Positions 37,611 through 47,228 of a DNA stretch of 64,000 nucleotides are shown piece after piece (the stretch's first letter is position 1; every line of letters starts with the position of its first letter). The stretch comes from Lentisphaeraceae bacterium (GTDB taxonomy: Bacteria; Verrucomicrobiota; Kiritimatiellia; RFP12; DVOR01). The position numbers were made by a program, and so were the translations under genes. The notes under the pieces were generated by a model. That model saw only the letters and a list, made by a program, of their open reading frames with translations. It was not told the origin of the DNA and did no database searches. Location: NCBI GenBank assembly GCA_004555175.1, contig SFJE01000002.1, positions 32,333-96,332 of the forward strand. Reading direction: 5' to 3'.

Positions 37611-38033
37611 TTAGGGGCGATAGGTGGCGCAGGATTCGGGTGTCTCGCGGAGGGAGACGGCGGTGACGGGGAGGCCGCGAGCGGCGATCTTGGCGAAGAA
37701 GTGCTTGGCCAGGAGTTCGGAGGTGGTGCGGTGCGGGAGGGGATAGACGCGTAGGCCGTGCTTTTGGAGGACGGAAGCGATGTCGGTCTCAACGGCGGAG
37801 GTGGTGTTATAGAGGAAGGCGTGGTCGCAGCAGGAGACGATTTCCTCTTGGAGGACGGTCTTGACCTCCTTGAAGTCCATCACCATATCCTCCGGCTGGC
37901 CGGGGATGGGGGGAACGTTACCGAGCTCGACGGTGAGTTGGTAGGTATGGCCGTGGAGGTTACGGCACTGGCCGGCGTGGCCGGTGAGCAGGTGGGCGGC
38001 ATCGAAGGAGACGGTCTTGGTGACAATGAGCAT
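37611..38033 (-). CDS. queD: 6-carboxy-5,6,7,8-tetrahydropterin synthase
   Basis: PTPS fold motifs (CxxxHGH, catalytic H/E blocks). Confidence 0.85.
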   Translation of the reverse strand: MLIVTKTVSFDAAHLLTGHAGQCRNLHGHTYQLTVELGNVPPIPGQPEDMVMDFKEVKTVLQEEIVSCCDHAFLYNTTSAVETDIASVLQKHGLRVYPLPHRTTSELLAKHFFAKIAARGLPVTAVSLRETPESCATYRP

Positions 38034-38041
38034 GGCGGACC

Positions 38042-39322
38042 TCACGGGCGGGGGCGTTTAACGGCGGCAAAGAAGGGTTTTGAGCGGGCGCTCGCGGCGG
38101 CGGGCTTGGCTGGGCGCGGCGGACGGGGCTGGGGGGCACGCTTGGGGCGGACGGCCTCGGCGCCCATCGCGTTGCGAGCATGTTCGGAGTGGAAGGGCTG
38201 CTCGACATCTTGGGGGATGGGGCGGCCGATGAAGTGCTCGATGTCGCGCAGGGCTTGGCGGTCGTGCGGGCAGACGAGGCTGATGGCTTCGCCTTCGGCG
38301 CCGGCGCGAGCGGTGCGGCCAATGCGGTGAACGTAGGTTTCGGGCTCGTCGGGCAGGTCGTAGTTGATGACGTGGGTGACCTCGTCGACATCAATTCCGC
38401 GGGCGGCAATGTCGGTGGCCACGAGGACTTGGACCTTGCCCGAGCGGAAGCCTTCGAGGGCGCGCAGGCGGGCGGCCTGGCTCTTGTCGCCATGGAGGGC
38501 GGCGGCGGGGAAGCCATCGCGCGTGAGCTGCTTGCAGAGGCGGTCGGCCCCATGCTTCATGCGCGGAAAGACAATGACGCGGAAGCACTTGGGCGTATCG
38601 AGGACCCACTTGAGGAGGGAATACTTCTTCTCCTTATCCACAAAGAGGACGCGCTGGCGGATTGTGTCAACGGTCGGCGCCTCGGGGTTGATGCGAATGG
38701 AGACGGCGTGGCCCTGGATGAACTGCTTGGCCAAGGCCGTGACCTCCGGCGAGAGGGTGGCCGAGAAGAAGAGCGATTGGCGCTTGTGCGGCAATTTGGC
38801 CAGGACCTTGCGGATGTCGGGCAGAAAGCCCATATCAAGCATCCGGTCGGCCTCATCGAGCACCACCGCTTGGACGCTCTCGAGCGAGAGTGCGCCCTGC
38901 CCCTCCAGGTCCAAGAGCCGCCCGGGGGTGGCCACGAGCACGGCCACCCCCTTGGCCAAGGCCGCCACCTGCGGCTTGATGTTCACGCCGCCAAAGACCA
39001 CCGCACAGGGCAGGTCCAGCCCTTTGGCGTAGGCAGAGCAATTCGCCTCAATCTGCGCGGCCAGTTCGCGCGTGGGAGCCAAGATGAGCACCAACGGTCG
39101 TTTGGGGCGGAGCGTGGCGTGCGCCTGGGCGAGCCGGTGCAGGAGCGGTAAGGCGAAGGCGGCCGTCTTGCCAGTGCCGGTCTGGGCGCAGCCCATGAGG
39201 TGCTTGCCGGCGAGGATGGGCTTGATGGCCGCTTCCTGGATGGGCGTGGGGCGTTGATACCCCATCGCCGCGATGGCCTGTTGCAAGGCCGGGTGGAGAT
39301 GCGCGAAGACCGTCCCCTTCAT
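38042..39322 (-). CDS. DEAD-box ATP-dependent RNA helicase (RhlE-like) with basic C-terminal tail
   Basis: Q motif, AQTGTGKT, DEAD, SAT, HRIGRTAR. Confidence 0.9.
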   Translation of the reverse strand: MKGTVFAHLHPALQQAIAAMGYQRPTPIQEAAIKPILAGKHLMGCAQTGTGKTAAFALPLLHRLAQAHATLRPKRPLVLILAPTRELAAQIEANCSAYAKGLDLPCAVVFGGVNIKPQVAALAKGVAVLVATPGRLLDLEGQGALSLESVQAVVLDEADRMLDMGFLPDIRKVLAKLPHKRQSLFFSATLSPEVTALAKQFIQGHAVSIRINPEAPTVDTIRQRVLFVDKEKKYSLLKWVLDTPKCFRVIVFPRMKHGADRLCKQLTRDGFPAAALHGDKSQAARLRALEGFRSGKVQVLVATDIAARGIDVDEVTHVINYDLPDEPETYVHRIGRTARAGAEGEAISLVCPHDRQALRDIEHFIGRPIPQDVEQPFHSEHARNAMGAEAVRPKRAPQPRPPRPAKPAAASARSKPFFAAVKRPRP

Positions 39323-41055
39323 TGGCGCGCCTCCCGCCGCTTGCCGGGATGGCCCTTGCCGCGGCCCTTAAAGTTGCCCTTGAAGGGGCCCTTACGGCCC
39401 TTGGGGCCTTTGGGGCGGGGCGACTCGGGGGTAGCCTCCACGAACTTGGGGTTGAGCGGCCGGCCATCAAAGTCGGCCTCGCACAAGGCTTCTAGGACGC
39501 GCTCGCCGAGTTCGGCGCGCACATCGAAGAAGGCGAACTCACGCTTGATGGCAATGGCTCCGATGTCCGAGGCTTGAATACCGGCCAGTTCGCAGGCCAA
39601 GCGGACAACGGCGCCCTCGCGCAGGTGGTCTAGTCGCCCCACGTGGAGCATCAGGCGCTTGCGCTCACCGAAGGCCGCGTCGCGTTCGGCGCGGGAGGGA
39701 GCGGCCACGGGGTTGAGGTCTCGCGCGTCTTCATAGGCCTCCATCAACGAACTCAGGCGCAGCTGGAGGATACGCGCCAGGACCTCGGTGGCGGAGAGTT
39801 GGCCCATCAGCGGGGCCACGGCCGGCAAGAGCTCCTGGATGGCCGGGTTAATCTCCTGGACCTGGCGGACCTGTTCGGCCAGCCAGAAGACGTGCTTTTG
39901 GCGGACATCGTCGGCAGTCGGGATGGCGCGCTGCTCGAAGCGCAGACCGCAGATGCGCTCGATGAGGCGGAGCTTCTGGCGGTCGCGCGGGGTGACCAAG
40001 GTGATCGAGATGCCCGCCTTGCCGGCGCGGGCGGTGCGGCCGGAGCGATGGGTGTAGACGGCCGCGTCATCGGGCAGATGGTAGTGAATGACATGGGTGA
40101 TGTCCTCGACATCCAGGCCGCGCGCGGCGACATCGGTGGCCACGAGGATGCGGACAGCCTTGTCGCGGAACTTGCGCATCACCGCGTCGCGTTGGGCCTG
40201 GGAGAGGTCGCCGTGGAGGGCTTCGGCGTAGACGCCATCGTGCATCAACGCCTCGCTCAGCTTCTGGGTGTCGGCCCGCGTGCGGCAGAAGACCAAGCCA
40301 TACATTTCGGGAACGAAGTCGATAATCCGCCGCAGGGCACCGTAGCGATTCTTCTCGGCCACGGCGTAGGCGTGGTGCTCAATATTGGCCTGGGCCACAT
40401 TGCGCGTGCCGACGGTAATCTCTAGGGGCTGGTGGATGTAGCGCCCGGCGATGGCCTCGACTTCTGGCGGCATCGTGGCCGAGAAGAGCCACTTCGCGGC
40501 AGAAGCCGGCACGCGCTCGAGAATGAAGTCAAGCTCCTCGCGAAAACCCAGGTCGAGCATCTCGTCGGCTTCGTCAAGGACGCAGGTACGCACCGTGTCT
40601 AGGGCGATAGCCTCGCGCCGGAGGAGGTCGCAGAGTCGCCCGGGGGTGGCCACCACCACCTGCGCCCCGCGTTCAAGCTTGGCAATCTGCTGGCCGATTG
40701 GCGCGCCGCCGTAGCAAGCCACCACGCGCACCTGCGCCAGGTGCTTGGCAAAGCGGGCCAACTCCTCGCCAATCTGCAAGCAGAGTTCACGCGTTGGGGC
40801 CAGAATCAGCCCCTGCACGGAGGTCGCTTCGCCTTGAACCCGGGCCAAGAGCGGCAGACCGTAGGCGCAGGTCTTGCCAGTGCCCGTGGCAGCCAGGGCC
40901 ACGCAGTCGGGCGCCTCGGCAGCCAACAGGGGCGGAATAGCGGCAGCCTGAATCGGCATCGGGGCCTTAAAGCCCAGCCCCTCAACGGCCCGCAGCAACG
41001 GCTCGGGCAATCCCAAACTCCGGAACTCTCCGGTCTCTTCGCACATCGTCATCAA
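39319..41055 (-). CDS. DEAD-box RNA helicase with DbpA/CsdA-like C-terminal RNA-binding domain
   Basis: ATGTGKT, DEAD, SAT, HRSGRTAR, plus a C-terminal DbpA-like region and an RGG/K-rich tail. Confidence 0.9.
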   Translation of the reverse strand: MMTMCEETGEFRSLGLPEPLLRAVEGLGFKAPMPIQAAAIPPLLAAEAPDCVALAATGTGKTCAYGLPLLARVQGEATSVQGLILAPTRELCLQIGEELARFAKHLAQVRVVACYGGAPIGQQIAKLERGAQVVVATPGRLCDLLRREAIALDTVRTCVLDEADEMLDLGFREELDFILERVPASAAKWLFSATMPPEVEAIAGRYIHQPLEITVGTRNVAQANIEHHAYAVAEKNRYGALRRIIDFVPEMYGLVFCRTRADTQKLSEALMHDGVYAEALHGDLSQAQRDAVMRKFRDKAVRILVATDVAARGLDVEDITHVIHYHLPDDAAVYTHRSGRTARAGKAGISITLVTPRDRQKLRLIERICGLRFEQRAIPTADDVRQKHVFWLAEQVRQVQEINPAIQELLPAVAPLMGQLSATEVLARILQLRLSSLMEAYEDARDLNPVAAPSRAERDAAFGERKRLMLHVGRLDHLREGAVVRLACELAGIQASDIGAIAIKREFAFFDVRAELGERVLEALCEADFDGRPLNPKFVEATPESPRPKGPKGRKGPFKGNFKGRGKGHPGKRREARQ

Positions 41056-41064
41056 TCGTCATCC

Positions 41065-42321
41065 TTAAATCATCGCCGCTTGCAGAGCGCGGGCGAAAGC
41101 CTCGGCATCCGCCGGCAGGCCCAACTCCACTTCGGAGGCATAGGCCACGGCCGTCCCGGGACCCGAGGCGCGCCCATGCGTGCCGCGAATTCGCTCGACC
41201 GCTTGCGACACATGCCACGGCACGCGCCCAAAGAAGAGCTCGCAGGGGTCGAAGCCCGGCTTGTTGTGAATATCAACGTGCGTGGCATAGTCCGGCGCCT
41301 CGCGCGGATCCTGCCACCACGGCCAGGCAAACCAACAGCCCGGCTTGGCCTCGGCAATCCAGTCCGGCCCCTCGCCACCAGGCCCGGGGAGGACACTTTC
41401 CACTTGCGGCAGGGCGGCCAAGACCGCGCGGGCGGCCTCGGAGGCGGATTCGTCCTGCACATAGAGCAAAACCACCTGGTGATCGCAAATCGCCACCGCG
41501 CGGCTCCGGTAGAAATCGGGATAGGCCATCTGGCGAATGGTGCGCGTGGCGAAAAGGCCGCTCTCGCGCAGGGCCCGATTGGGGAAGGCCACACCGGTGG
41601 CCCCAGGCAAGGTGGGGGTAATGGCGTAGTCGCCGGCAATGATCAGCGCATAGCCCTCGCGCCGGGCGGCCTCGGCCACCGCCTCAATCTGCCGCAAGGC
41701 GTGTTGGAGCGAAGCGGCCGCGCGCGGATGATCCGGCCCGTGGCGCTGCAAATCGTAATCCAAGGTCGGCAGATAGGCCAATATCACCTCGGGCGCATCG
41801 CCGCGTTGCAAGCGGCCAATCAGCGCCTGAGCAATCCCCCACCCCACCTTCGGCGAAGCCAGCGGCCCCCAATAGCGCCAGAGCGGGATTGGATTCTCCA
41901 CGCCCAGAACGCGCGTCGGCTTTTGGTAGGTGGCCATAATCAGCCCGCCGCCGTGGGTGTGTATCGGCGCAGGCGAGACAATCTCATCAACCGCCTCGCC
42001 CAGCAACTGCTGAAAGAAGTAGAGCCCCACCCGCGCGCCCCGCTGCCGAGCCGCTTCCCAAATCCGCGCCCCGTGCACCAACTTGGCCGACTGGTTCCAG
42101 AAGGCCGGAGCCATCGTCTCGCGGAAGTAGCGCCCATTGGCCGGCATCCCGTGGACTTCTGGCGCCAGCGCGGTCCGCAAGGTGGCCTGCGCGGTGCAGG
42201 TGACGGCCGGGAAGGCTGGCGCCATCGCCCGAATGGGCAGCCCTGCTAGACGCGTAATGCGGTGCTTGGCCAAAAGGTCTGCACCCAAGGCCGCAACCGA
42301 GAGTATGAGGAGCTTCTTCAC
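41065..42321 (-). CDS. alkaline-phosphatase-superfamily nucleotide pyrophosphatase/phosphodiesterase (NPP-like)
   Basis: Type I phosphodiesterase blocks. GTG start with AGGAGG RBS, overlapping the upstream stop (GTGA). Confidence 0.6.
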   Translation of the reverse strand: MKKLLILSVAALGADLLAKHRITRLAGLPIRAMAPAFPAVTCTAQATLRTALAPEVHGMPANGRYFRETMAPAFWNQSAKLVHGARIWEAARQRGARVGLYFFQQLLGEAVDEIVSPAPIHTHGGGLIMATYQKPTRVLGVENPIPLWRYWGPLASPKVGWGIAQALIGRLQRGDAPEVILAYLPTLDYDLQRHGPDHPRAAASLQHALRQIEAVAEAARREGYALIIAGDYAITPTLPGATGVAFPNRALRESGLFATRTIRQMAYPDFYRSRAVAICDHQVVLLYVQDESASEAARAVLAALPQVESVLPGPGGEGPDWIAEAKPGCWFAWPWWQDPREAPDYATHVDIHNKPGFDPCELFFGRVPWHVSQAVERIRGTHGRASGPGTAVAYASEVELGLPADAEAFARALQAAMI

Positions 42322-42839
42322 GGCGCCTCCTGCCCGGCCGCTTGCTCTAGGTGCTGCGAGCGCACGCGCGCTTCGCCTTGAGCCGCAGGGTCATACAGAA
42401 AAGGCTCCTCCCAACCATCCTCCAAGGCCGCTTGGCGCAGCAATCCCTCGCTAACCAACTCCTCCAGCTTTGCCGGCGCGCTCCCCCCATAGGCCAGCGA
42501 ATACTCCAAGAGTGCCGCCCGGATTTGCCGCAAGCGCAGGAGCGTTACCCGCCGCGCTTCAACGCCGGGCATCACATAGCGATACCATGAGCCTGTTGCG
42601 TCATCCGTTTGATAGGCCTCGCCCGGGGCCTTGACCGCCCGGCCGAGGTTTCCATAGCAAATGCCAATCCCCATGCCGATGGTAATAGCCGCAATCACGG
42701 CACAGACCGGCCCCGAGAAACGAGCGGCACGCGCCTGTTTCTGGCGCGCCAAACGCCTCTCCGGCACCCGGCTCTTCGCCTGAGAGGGGCGCCGGAGAGA
42801 GGCTTTGGGGCGATGGCGTCTGCGCCGGACGTGTGCCAT
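42318..42839 (-). CDS. hypothetical single-TM protein, weak GspG-pseudopilin-like C-terminal region
   Basis: Basic N-terminus, one TM helix, LLEYSLAYGG ... DPAAQGE block. Start overlaps the glyA stop (TAATG). Confidence 0.35.
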   Translation of the reverse strand: MAHVRRRRHRPKASLRRPSQAKSRVPERRLARQKQARAARFSGPVCAVIAAITIGMGIGICYGNLGRAVKAPGEAYQTDDATGSWYRYVMPGVEARRVTLLRLRQIRAALLEYSLAYGGSAPAKLEELVSEGLLRQAALEDGWEEPFLYDPAAQGEARVRSQHLEQAAGQEAP

Positions 42840-44524
42840 TACGGCACCGGGAAGTGCGCCACGAGCGCGCGCACCTCTTCACGCACGCGCTGCTGGAGCG
42901 CGGTGTCTTCGGGCGACTTGAGGATCTCGACGATCCAACCGCCGAGCTTGACCATCTCGGGCTCCTTCATTCCGCGCGTGGTCACCGCAGCGGTACCGAT
43001 GCGGATACCGGAGGTGACGAAGGGGCTCTCGGTGTCGTAGGGGATGGTGTTCTTGTTGCAGATGATGCCCGCAGCATCCAACGCCGCGGCCGCCAGCTTA
43101 CCCGTCAGCCCCGAGGCCTTCACGTCCACCAGGAAGAGGTGGTTATCCGTGCCCCCGGAGACGAGCCGGAAGCCAGCCTCCTGCAACACCTTTGCCAGCG
43201 CCTGCGTATTGGCGACAATCTGCGCGGCATAGGCGTGCGCATCGCGGTGGAGCCACTCGTTAAAGCAAACCGCCTTGGCCGCGATAACATTCTCCAGCGG
43301 ACCGCCCTGGATGCCCGGGAAGACCGTCTTATTGATGGCCCCGATGTACTTCTCCTTGCAGAGAATGAGGCCCGAGCGCGGGCCGCGCAAGGTCTTGTGT
43401 GTAGTGGTGGTCACGAAGTCGGCATAAGGCACCGGCGAGGGGTGAACGCCGCCAGCAATCAGACCGGCAATGTGGGCCATATCCACCATCAAGTAGGCGC
43501 CCACCTTGTCGGCAATCGCCCGGAAGCGGGCAAAGTCAATCACGCGCGGATAGGCCGAAGCGCCCGCCAAGATGAGCTGGGGCTTGACCTCCATCGCCTG
43601 CGCCTCAATCGCGTCATAATCGAGCTGCTCGGTCTCCTTGTTCACCACGTAGGGGACAATGTTGTAGAGCTTGCCCGAGAAGTTCACCGGCGAGCCGTGG
43701 CTCAAGTGGCCGCCCTGATCCAGGCTCATCGAGAGAATCGTGTCACCCGGCTTGAGCATCGCAAAAAAGACCGCCATATTCGCCGCGCTGCCGCAGTGCG
43801 GCTGGACATTCGCCGCCTCGGCCCCGAAGAGCTTCTTGGCGCGCTCGATGGCCAACTGCTCGACCGCGTCCACCGGCAAACATCCGCTATACCAGCGCTT
43901 GCCCGGATAGCCCTCGGCGTACTTGTTATTCAGCACCGAGCCCTGCGCCTCGCGCACGGCCGCGGAGGTGTAGTTCTCCGAGGCTATCAGGTTGACCGTC
44001 TCATCCTCCTGCTTCACCTGCGCGACAATCGCCGCATGCACCTCAGGGTCGGCCCACGCCAAGAGCGAAGACTCGGCCAGACGGCCCGCGCGGTCGCACT
44101 TCACCAGGCGTCGGGCGTGACGCTCAGCCCCCGAGAACGGCGTATCCAGCCACACGCCCAGGGCGCGCTCGGCCGCAGCCTCGCTCAACGCGCGGGCCGA
44201 AAGGATTAGGACATTGGCATCATTATGCTCGCGCGAGAGCTTCGCCACCGCTTCATCGGTGACAATCGCCGCGCGAATACCGGTGAAACGGTTGGCCGTG
44301 ATGCTCATCCCAATCCCCGTCGAGCACAATAGCACCCCGCGATCGGCCTTCTTCTCCAAAACCGCCTCGCAGACCGCCACCGCAAAGTCCGGATAGTCAT
44401 CAGCGGCTTCGGCGTTGAATGAACCCACATCCACCACCGTCTCGCCGCGCGCTTCCAGCACCGCAGCCAACTTCGCCTTCAGGGCTACGCCCGCATGATC
44501 GCAACCAATCGCAATCGTACTCAT
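42839..44524 (-). CDS. rpiB-glyA: fusion protein: ribose-5-phosphate isomerase B (N-terminal ~145 aa) fused to serine hydroxymethyltransferase
   Basis: RpiB signature IAIGCDHAG ... [11 protein letters not shown] followed in the same frame by SHMT blocks [36 protein letters not shown]. Start at MSTIAIG with AGAGGAG upstream. Confidence 0.8.
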   Translation of the reverse strand: MSTIAIGCDHAGVALKAKLAAVLEARGETVVDVGSFNAEAADDYPDFAVAVCEAVLEKKADRGVLLCSTGIGMSITANRFTGIRAAIVTDEAVAKLSREHNDANVLILSARALSEAAAERALGVWLDTPFSGAERHARRLVKCDRAGRLAESSLLAWADPEVHAAIVAQVKQEDETVNLIASENYTSAAVREAQGSVLNNKYAEGYPGKRWYSGCLPVDAVEQLAIERAKKLFGAEAANVQPHCGSAANMAVFFAMLKPGDTILSMSLDQGGHLSHGSPVNFSGKLYNIVPYVVNKETEQLDYDAIEAQAMEVKPQLILAGASAYPRVIDFARFRAIADKVGAYLMVDMAHIAGLIAGGVHPSPVPYADFVTTTTHKTLRGPRSGLILCKEKYIGAINKTVFPGIQGGPLENVIAAKAVCFNEWLHRDAHAYAAQIVANTQALAKVLQEAGFRLVSGGTDNHLFLVDVKASGLTGKLAAAALDAAGIICNKNTIPYDTESPFVTSGIRIGTAAVTTRGMKEPEMVKLGGWIVEILKSPEDTALQQRVREEVRALVAHFPVP

Positions 44525-44609
44525 CTCTCTCGTATGCTCCTCTTTCGGAATGTCGAATAAAGAAAACGGCGAAAGTATACCACAATCCCACCCCGTACGC
44601 GCACAATGC

Positions 44610-46748
44610 CTACGGCAGAAAGACGAGTTTGCCACCCTTACTATTCTTGAAAAGAGCCTCTGGCGGGAACCAATCTGGCCGTAGCCCCGTGCGATAATCG
44701 TTGGTGCGATAGAGCGCAAAGTTCAAGTGAAGTTGTGGGGCGGAGGGATCTGCAGCATCGGGCCGATAGCCGTCAATCAGTGTGGTGGTCAAACCATAGA
44801 GTGCGCGCGAATCATAGGTGGGCGTGCGGACGCACAGCACGGGCTTGCCAGCCTCAAGTGAGGCCTTGATCCGCGGGAGCAAGAGCGGCAGGGTGACTTC
44901 ATCCAGCGTAACGATGGGCCCAAGGAGGGCTCTCGTCTGCTCTGGCGTGAGCCCCACTGCGCGCGCCTCCGTGGCGAAACTGGGCGGAATCTGCGAGGGG
45001 CCCGGCTTGAGTTGCAGGGCGCGGGTGCAACTCGCATCAAAGTCCTCGGGGAAGGCCCCGGCATAGAGTCCGGCCTCCTCGGCAAGAGAGATGGCCCAAT
45101 GGTAGGCGGCCGCAAGGTCTTGGATTGTGGGGCTATAGCGCGCATAGGGGCAACCGGGGAGGATGTTGTTGGGCTGCAGATGGAGGCGTTGACAGTTGAA
45201 ATCGGGCTTCTTGCTAGTCTTCCCAACAGGATGATGCCAGAGGGCCATCAACTTCACCAAGGCACACGCGCCGCTCTTGTTATAGAGGTAGCCTTCGGAA
45301 TCGTAGTGCAAATCGCGCGGTGGGACGGTGTAGCCATCTAGCAACAACGCTGGCACTTCGTCCACCTCTTTCGGCAGCGTAACCTGATGGCACTCAGGAG
45401 AGTACGCCACGCCATAGGCATTCTTGGCATAGGCGCGCACATACAGCGTAGAGCCGGGCTTGAGACCGGTGATGCGCGTGGTGTCACGCCAATCCGAAAA
45501 GCCCCAAAGCGGCCAAAGCCCCTGCTTGATGGTGGGGTTGGGGGTGGACGCGTAGCAAAAGCCGTAGTCGGTGTAGGGCTCTTCTCCGCGGAAGTGCACG
45601 GTGAGGGTGGCGCGCAGGCTGGTGGGCAAGAGCTCGCGGGGCTCTTCCAGGTGAACCACTGGCAACATCGAGCGCTTGAGCGCTTGCCCGGAGAGGCGGC
45701 TTGCGGGGACGGTCACCGTCACCTCTGCGCCCGTTTCATCCTGGGGTCCAAAGGTGATCTCAACGCCCGTGGGCAGGCAGTTAGGGAGGCGATTAGGCGG
45801 GTCACTCTCGACCGAGAAGTCATCTCCCTCACGAAAGATCGCCAAGGGACTCTCTGGCTTGATGCGCTCATAGCGGAAACGCCCGGGCGCGACCTGCACC
45901 CGTTGATACCCTTCCTTGGCGTTGGGGTCCGGGGCCGAGCGCCCGCGGAAGTAGGGATCGCGCTTGCGATAGGAATAGACCAAGTCGGGCGTGCCGTGAT
46001 AGGGATCAGACTGTGGCACGTTAATATAGTAGATAAGGATGCCGCCGCGCGGAGAGTACGAATCTGTAACCTTCCCGATGGTGTTCTCTGTGGGGCCGTT
46101 GTCAAAGGTCTGCACCTCATCGGGTTCATACTCCAAGTGCAGGAGGTAGTTAGGGTGCTCGGTGGGGATAAAGATGCCCAGGGGTGTCTTGCCATCAAAC
46201 TCGCCCCAGCGCGGGGCCAACTTCACTGTGGTGCTTTGGTGCAGCGTGGGATAGGCTGCCGCCGGCAACAGACCGCAATAGCGGTAGCGGCAGTAGAGCG
46301 GCGCGGTAGGCCCGCCGCCGGCGATGACGGGATGACCGGGAATGCCGTTATCCTTCTGCGGAGCGTGATAGGTGTCAGGAGCACCCAGCACATGCCCCAA
46401 CTCGTGAATCATCGTGCTGGCACCCCCCTCGGCTTTGACGATAATGCGCGAGTTCGGCCACAAAGGCTCCCCCCAGGCAATGTAGAAGTTGGGGTTGTAA
46501 TCCTTGAGCGGATCTATGTCGCGATCCTCGCGGAAGCCGACGGCCCGCCGTTCATCTTCACTCTGGGAGTAGTGACTGACGGGGTAAAGCTTGCGCAACT
46601 CCGGCAACTGCTCCAGCGAGCGCGGATGGGTTGAATCCTTGCTGGTGACCGGCAGAATCTTCGTGGCGTAGGCCAGCACGCGCACATCCACCTTATCAGC
46701 CCGTTTGGAGGAGCTCCTCAACGCCGCAACACCCCCACCACTCCACAT
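44610..46748 (-). CDS. putative HExxH zinc metallopeptidase (M6/InhA-like motif [13 protein letters not shown]) with FN3-like region; N-terminus uncertain
   Basis: No signal peptide or RBS at any in-frame start; the ORF opens with TTG at 46775. Possibly truncated. Confidence 0.45.
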   Translation of the reverse strand: MWSGGGVAALRSSSKRADKVDVRVLAYATKILPVTSKDSTHPRSLEQLPELRKLYPVSHYSQSEDERRAVGFREDRDIDPLKDYNPNFYIAWGEPLWPNSRIIVKAEGGASTMIHELGHVLGAPDTYHAPQKDNGIPGHPVIAGGGPTAPLYCRYRYCGLLPAAAYPTLHQSTTVKLAPRWGEFDGKTPLGIFIPTEHPNYLLHLEYEPDEVQTFDNGPTENTIGKVTDSYSPRGGILIYYINVPQSDPYHGTPDLVYSYRKRDPYFRGRSAPDPNAKEGYQRVQVAPGRFRYERIKPESPLAIFREGDDFSVESDPPNRLPNCLPTGVEITFGPQDETGAEVTVTVPASRLSGQALKRSMLPVVHLEEPRELLPTSLRATLTVHFRGEEPYTDYGFCYASTPNPTIKQGLWPLWGFSDWRDTTRITGLKPGSTLYVRAYAKNAYGVAYSPECHQVTLPKEVDEVPALLLDGYTVPPRDLHYDSEGYLYNKSGACALVKLMALWHHPVGKTSKKPDFNCQRLHLQPNNILPGCPYARYSPTIQDLAAAYHWAISLAEEAGLYAGAFPEDFDASCTRALQLKPGPSQIPPSFATEARAVGLTPEQTRALLGPIVTLDEVTLPLLLPRIKASLEAGKPVLCVRTPTYDSRALYGLTTTLIDGYRPDAADPSAPQLHLNFALYRTNDYRTGLRPDWFPPEALFKNSKGGKLVFLP

Positions 46749-46974
46749 GCTAGCCGCGTGCGCGTGTGCACGCAAGTCGACAGTGAACAGTCGACAGGAC
46801 GCGGCAAGCCGCGACGGACGGGCTCTCGTTAGAAGTATTGAGCTTCATCGTTTCAGACTTTCGCTTGTTCGTCGCGTTAGCGCACGGCGACTCGACTGTC
46901 GACTATTCACTCTCCTCTGTCGGCCGGGCGCAACCTCCCCCATGCCGGGCGAAAACCTCCTCCCGGGGCGGGAG

Positions 46975-47047
46975 GAATTATTAAGACCCCGTCTTAATTC
47001 AAACAAGACGGGGTCTTATTTGCAATAAGACGGGGTCTTATTAGTTT
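46975..47047. repeat. partial copy C of the palindromic-unit repeat (3 AAGACSSSGTCTT units, mixed orientation)
   Basis: ttattaagaccccgtcttaatt ... aagacggggtcttatt ... aataagacggggtcttatt. Confidence 0.8.
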
Positions 47048-47188
47048 GTATATGGGCGAGAGGCAATTTCCTGGTGGTGTGATTGAAATGGCCCTTGCGT
47101 GAAGGCGGCGCAGAAGGTGCGAATGGGCCTAGCGCAAAGGCCAGACGCGTTGCAAGTGGGAGTGCTGTCACGTGCACATCGAGTAAGG

Positions 47189-47202
47189 GGATGTGCTATA
47201 AT
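47189..47202 (+). promoter_or_regulatory. extended -10 promoter GGATGTGCTATAAT of dnaB
   Basis: Same GGATGTGSTATAMT box as at 3693, 11449 and 18448. GGAG SD at 47218 and ATG at 47229. Confidence 0.5.
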
Positions 47203-47228
47203 GCGGCCTCTTTTTTGGAGCAGGTGAT

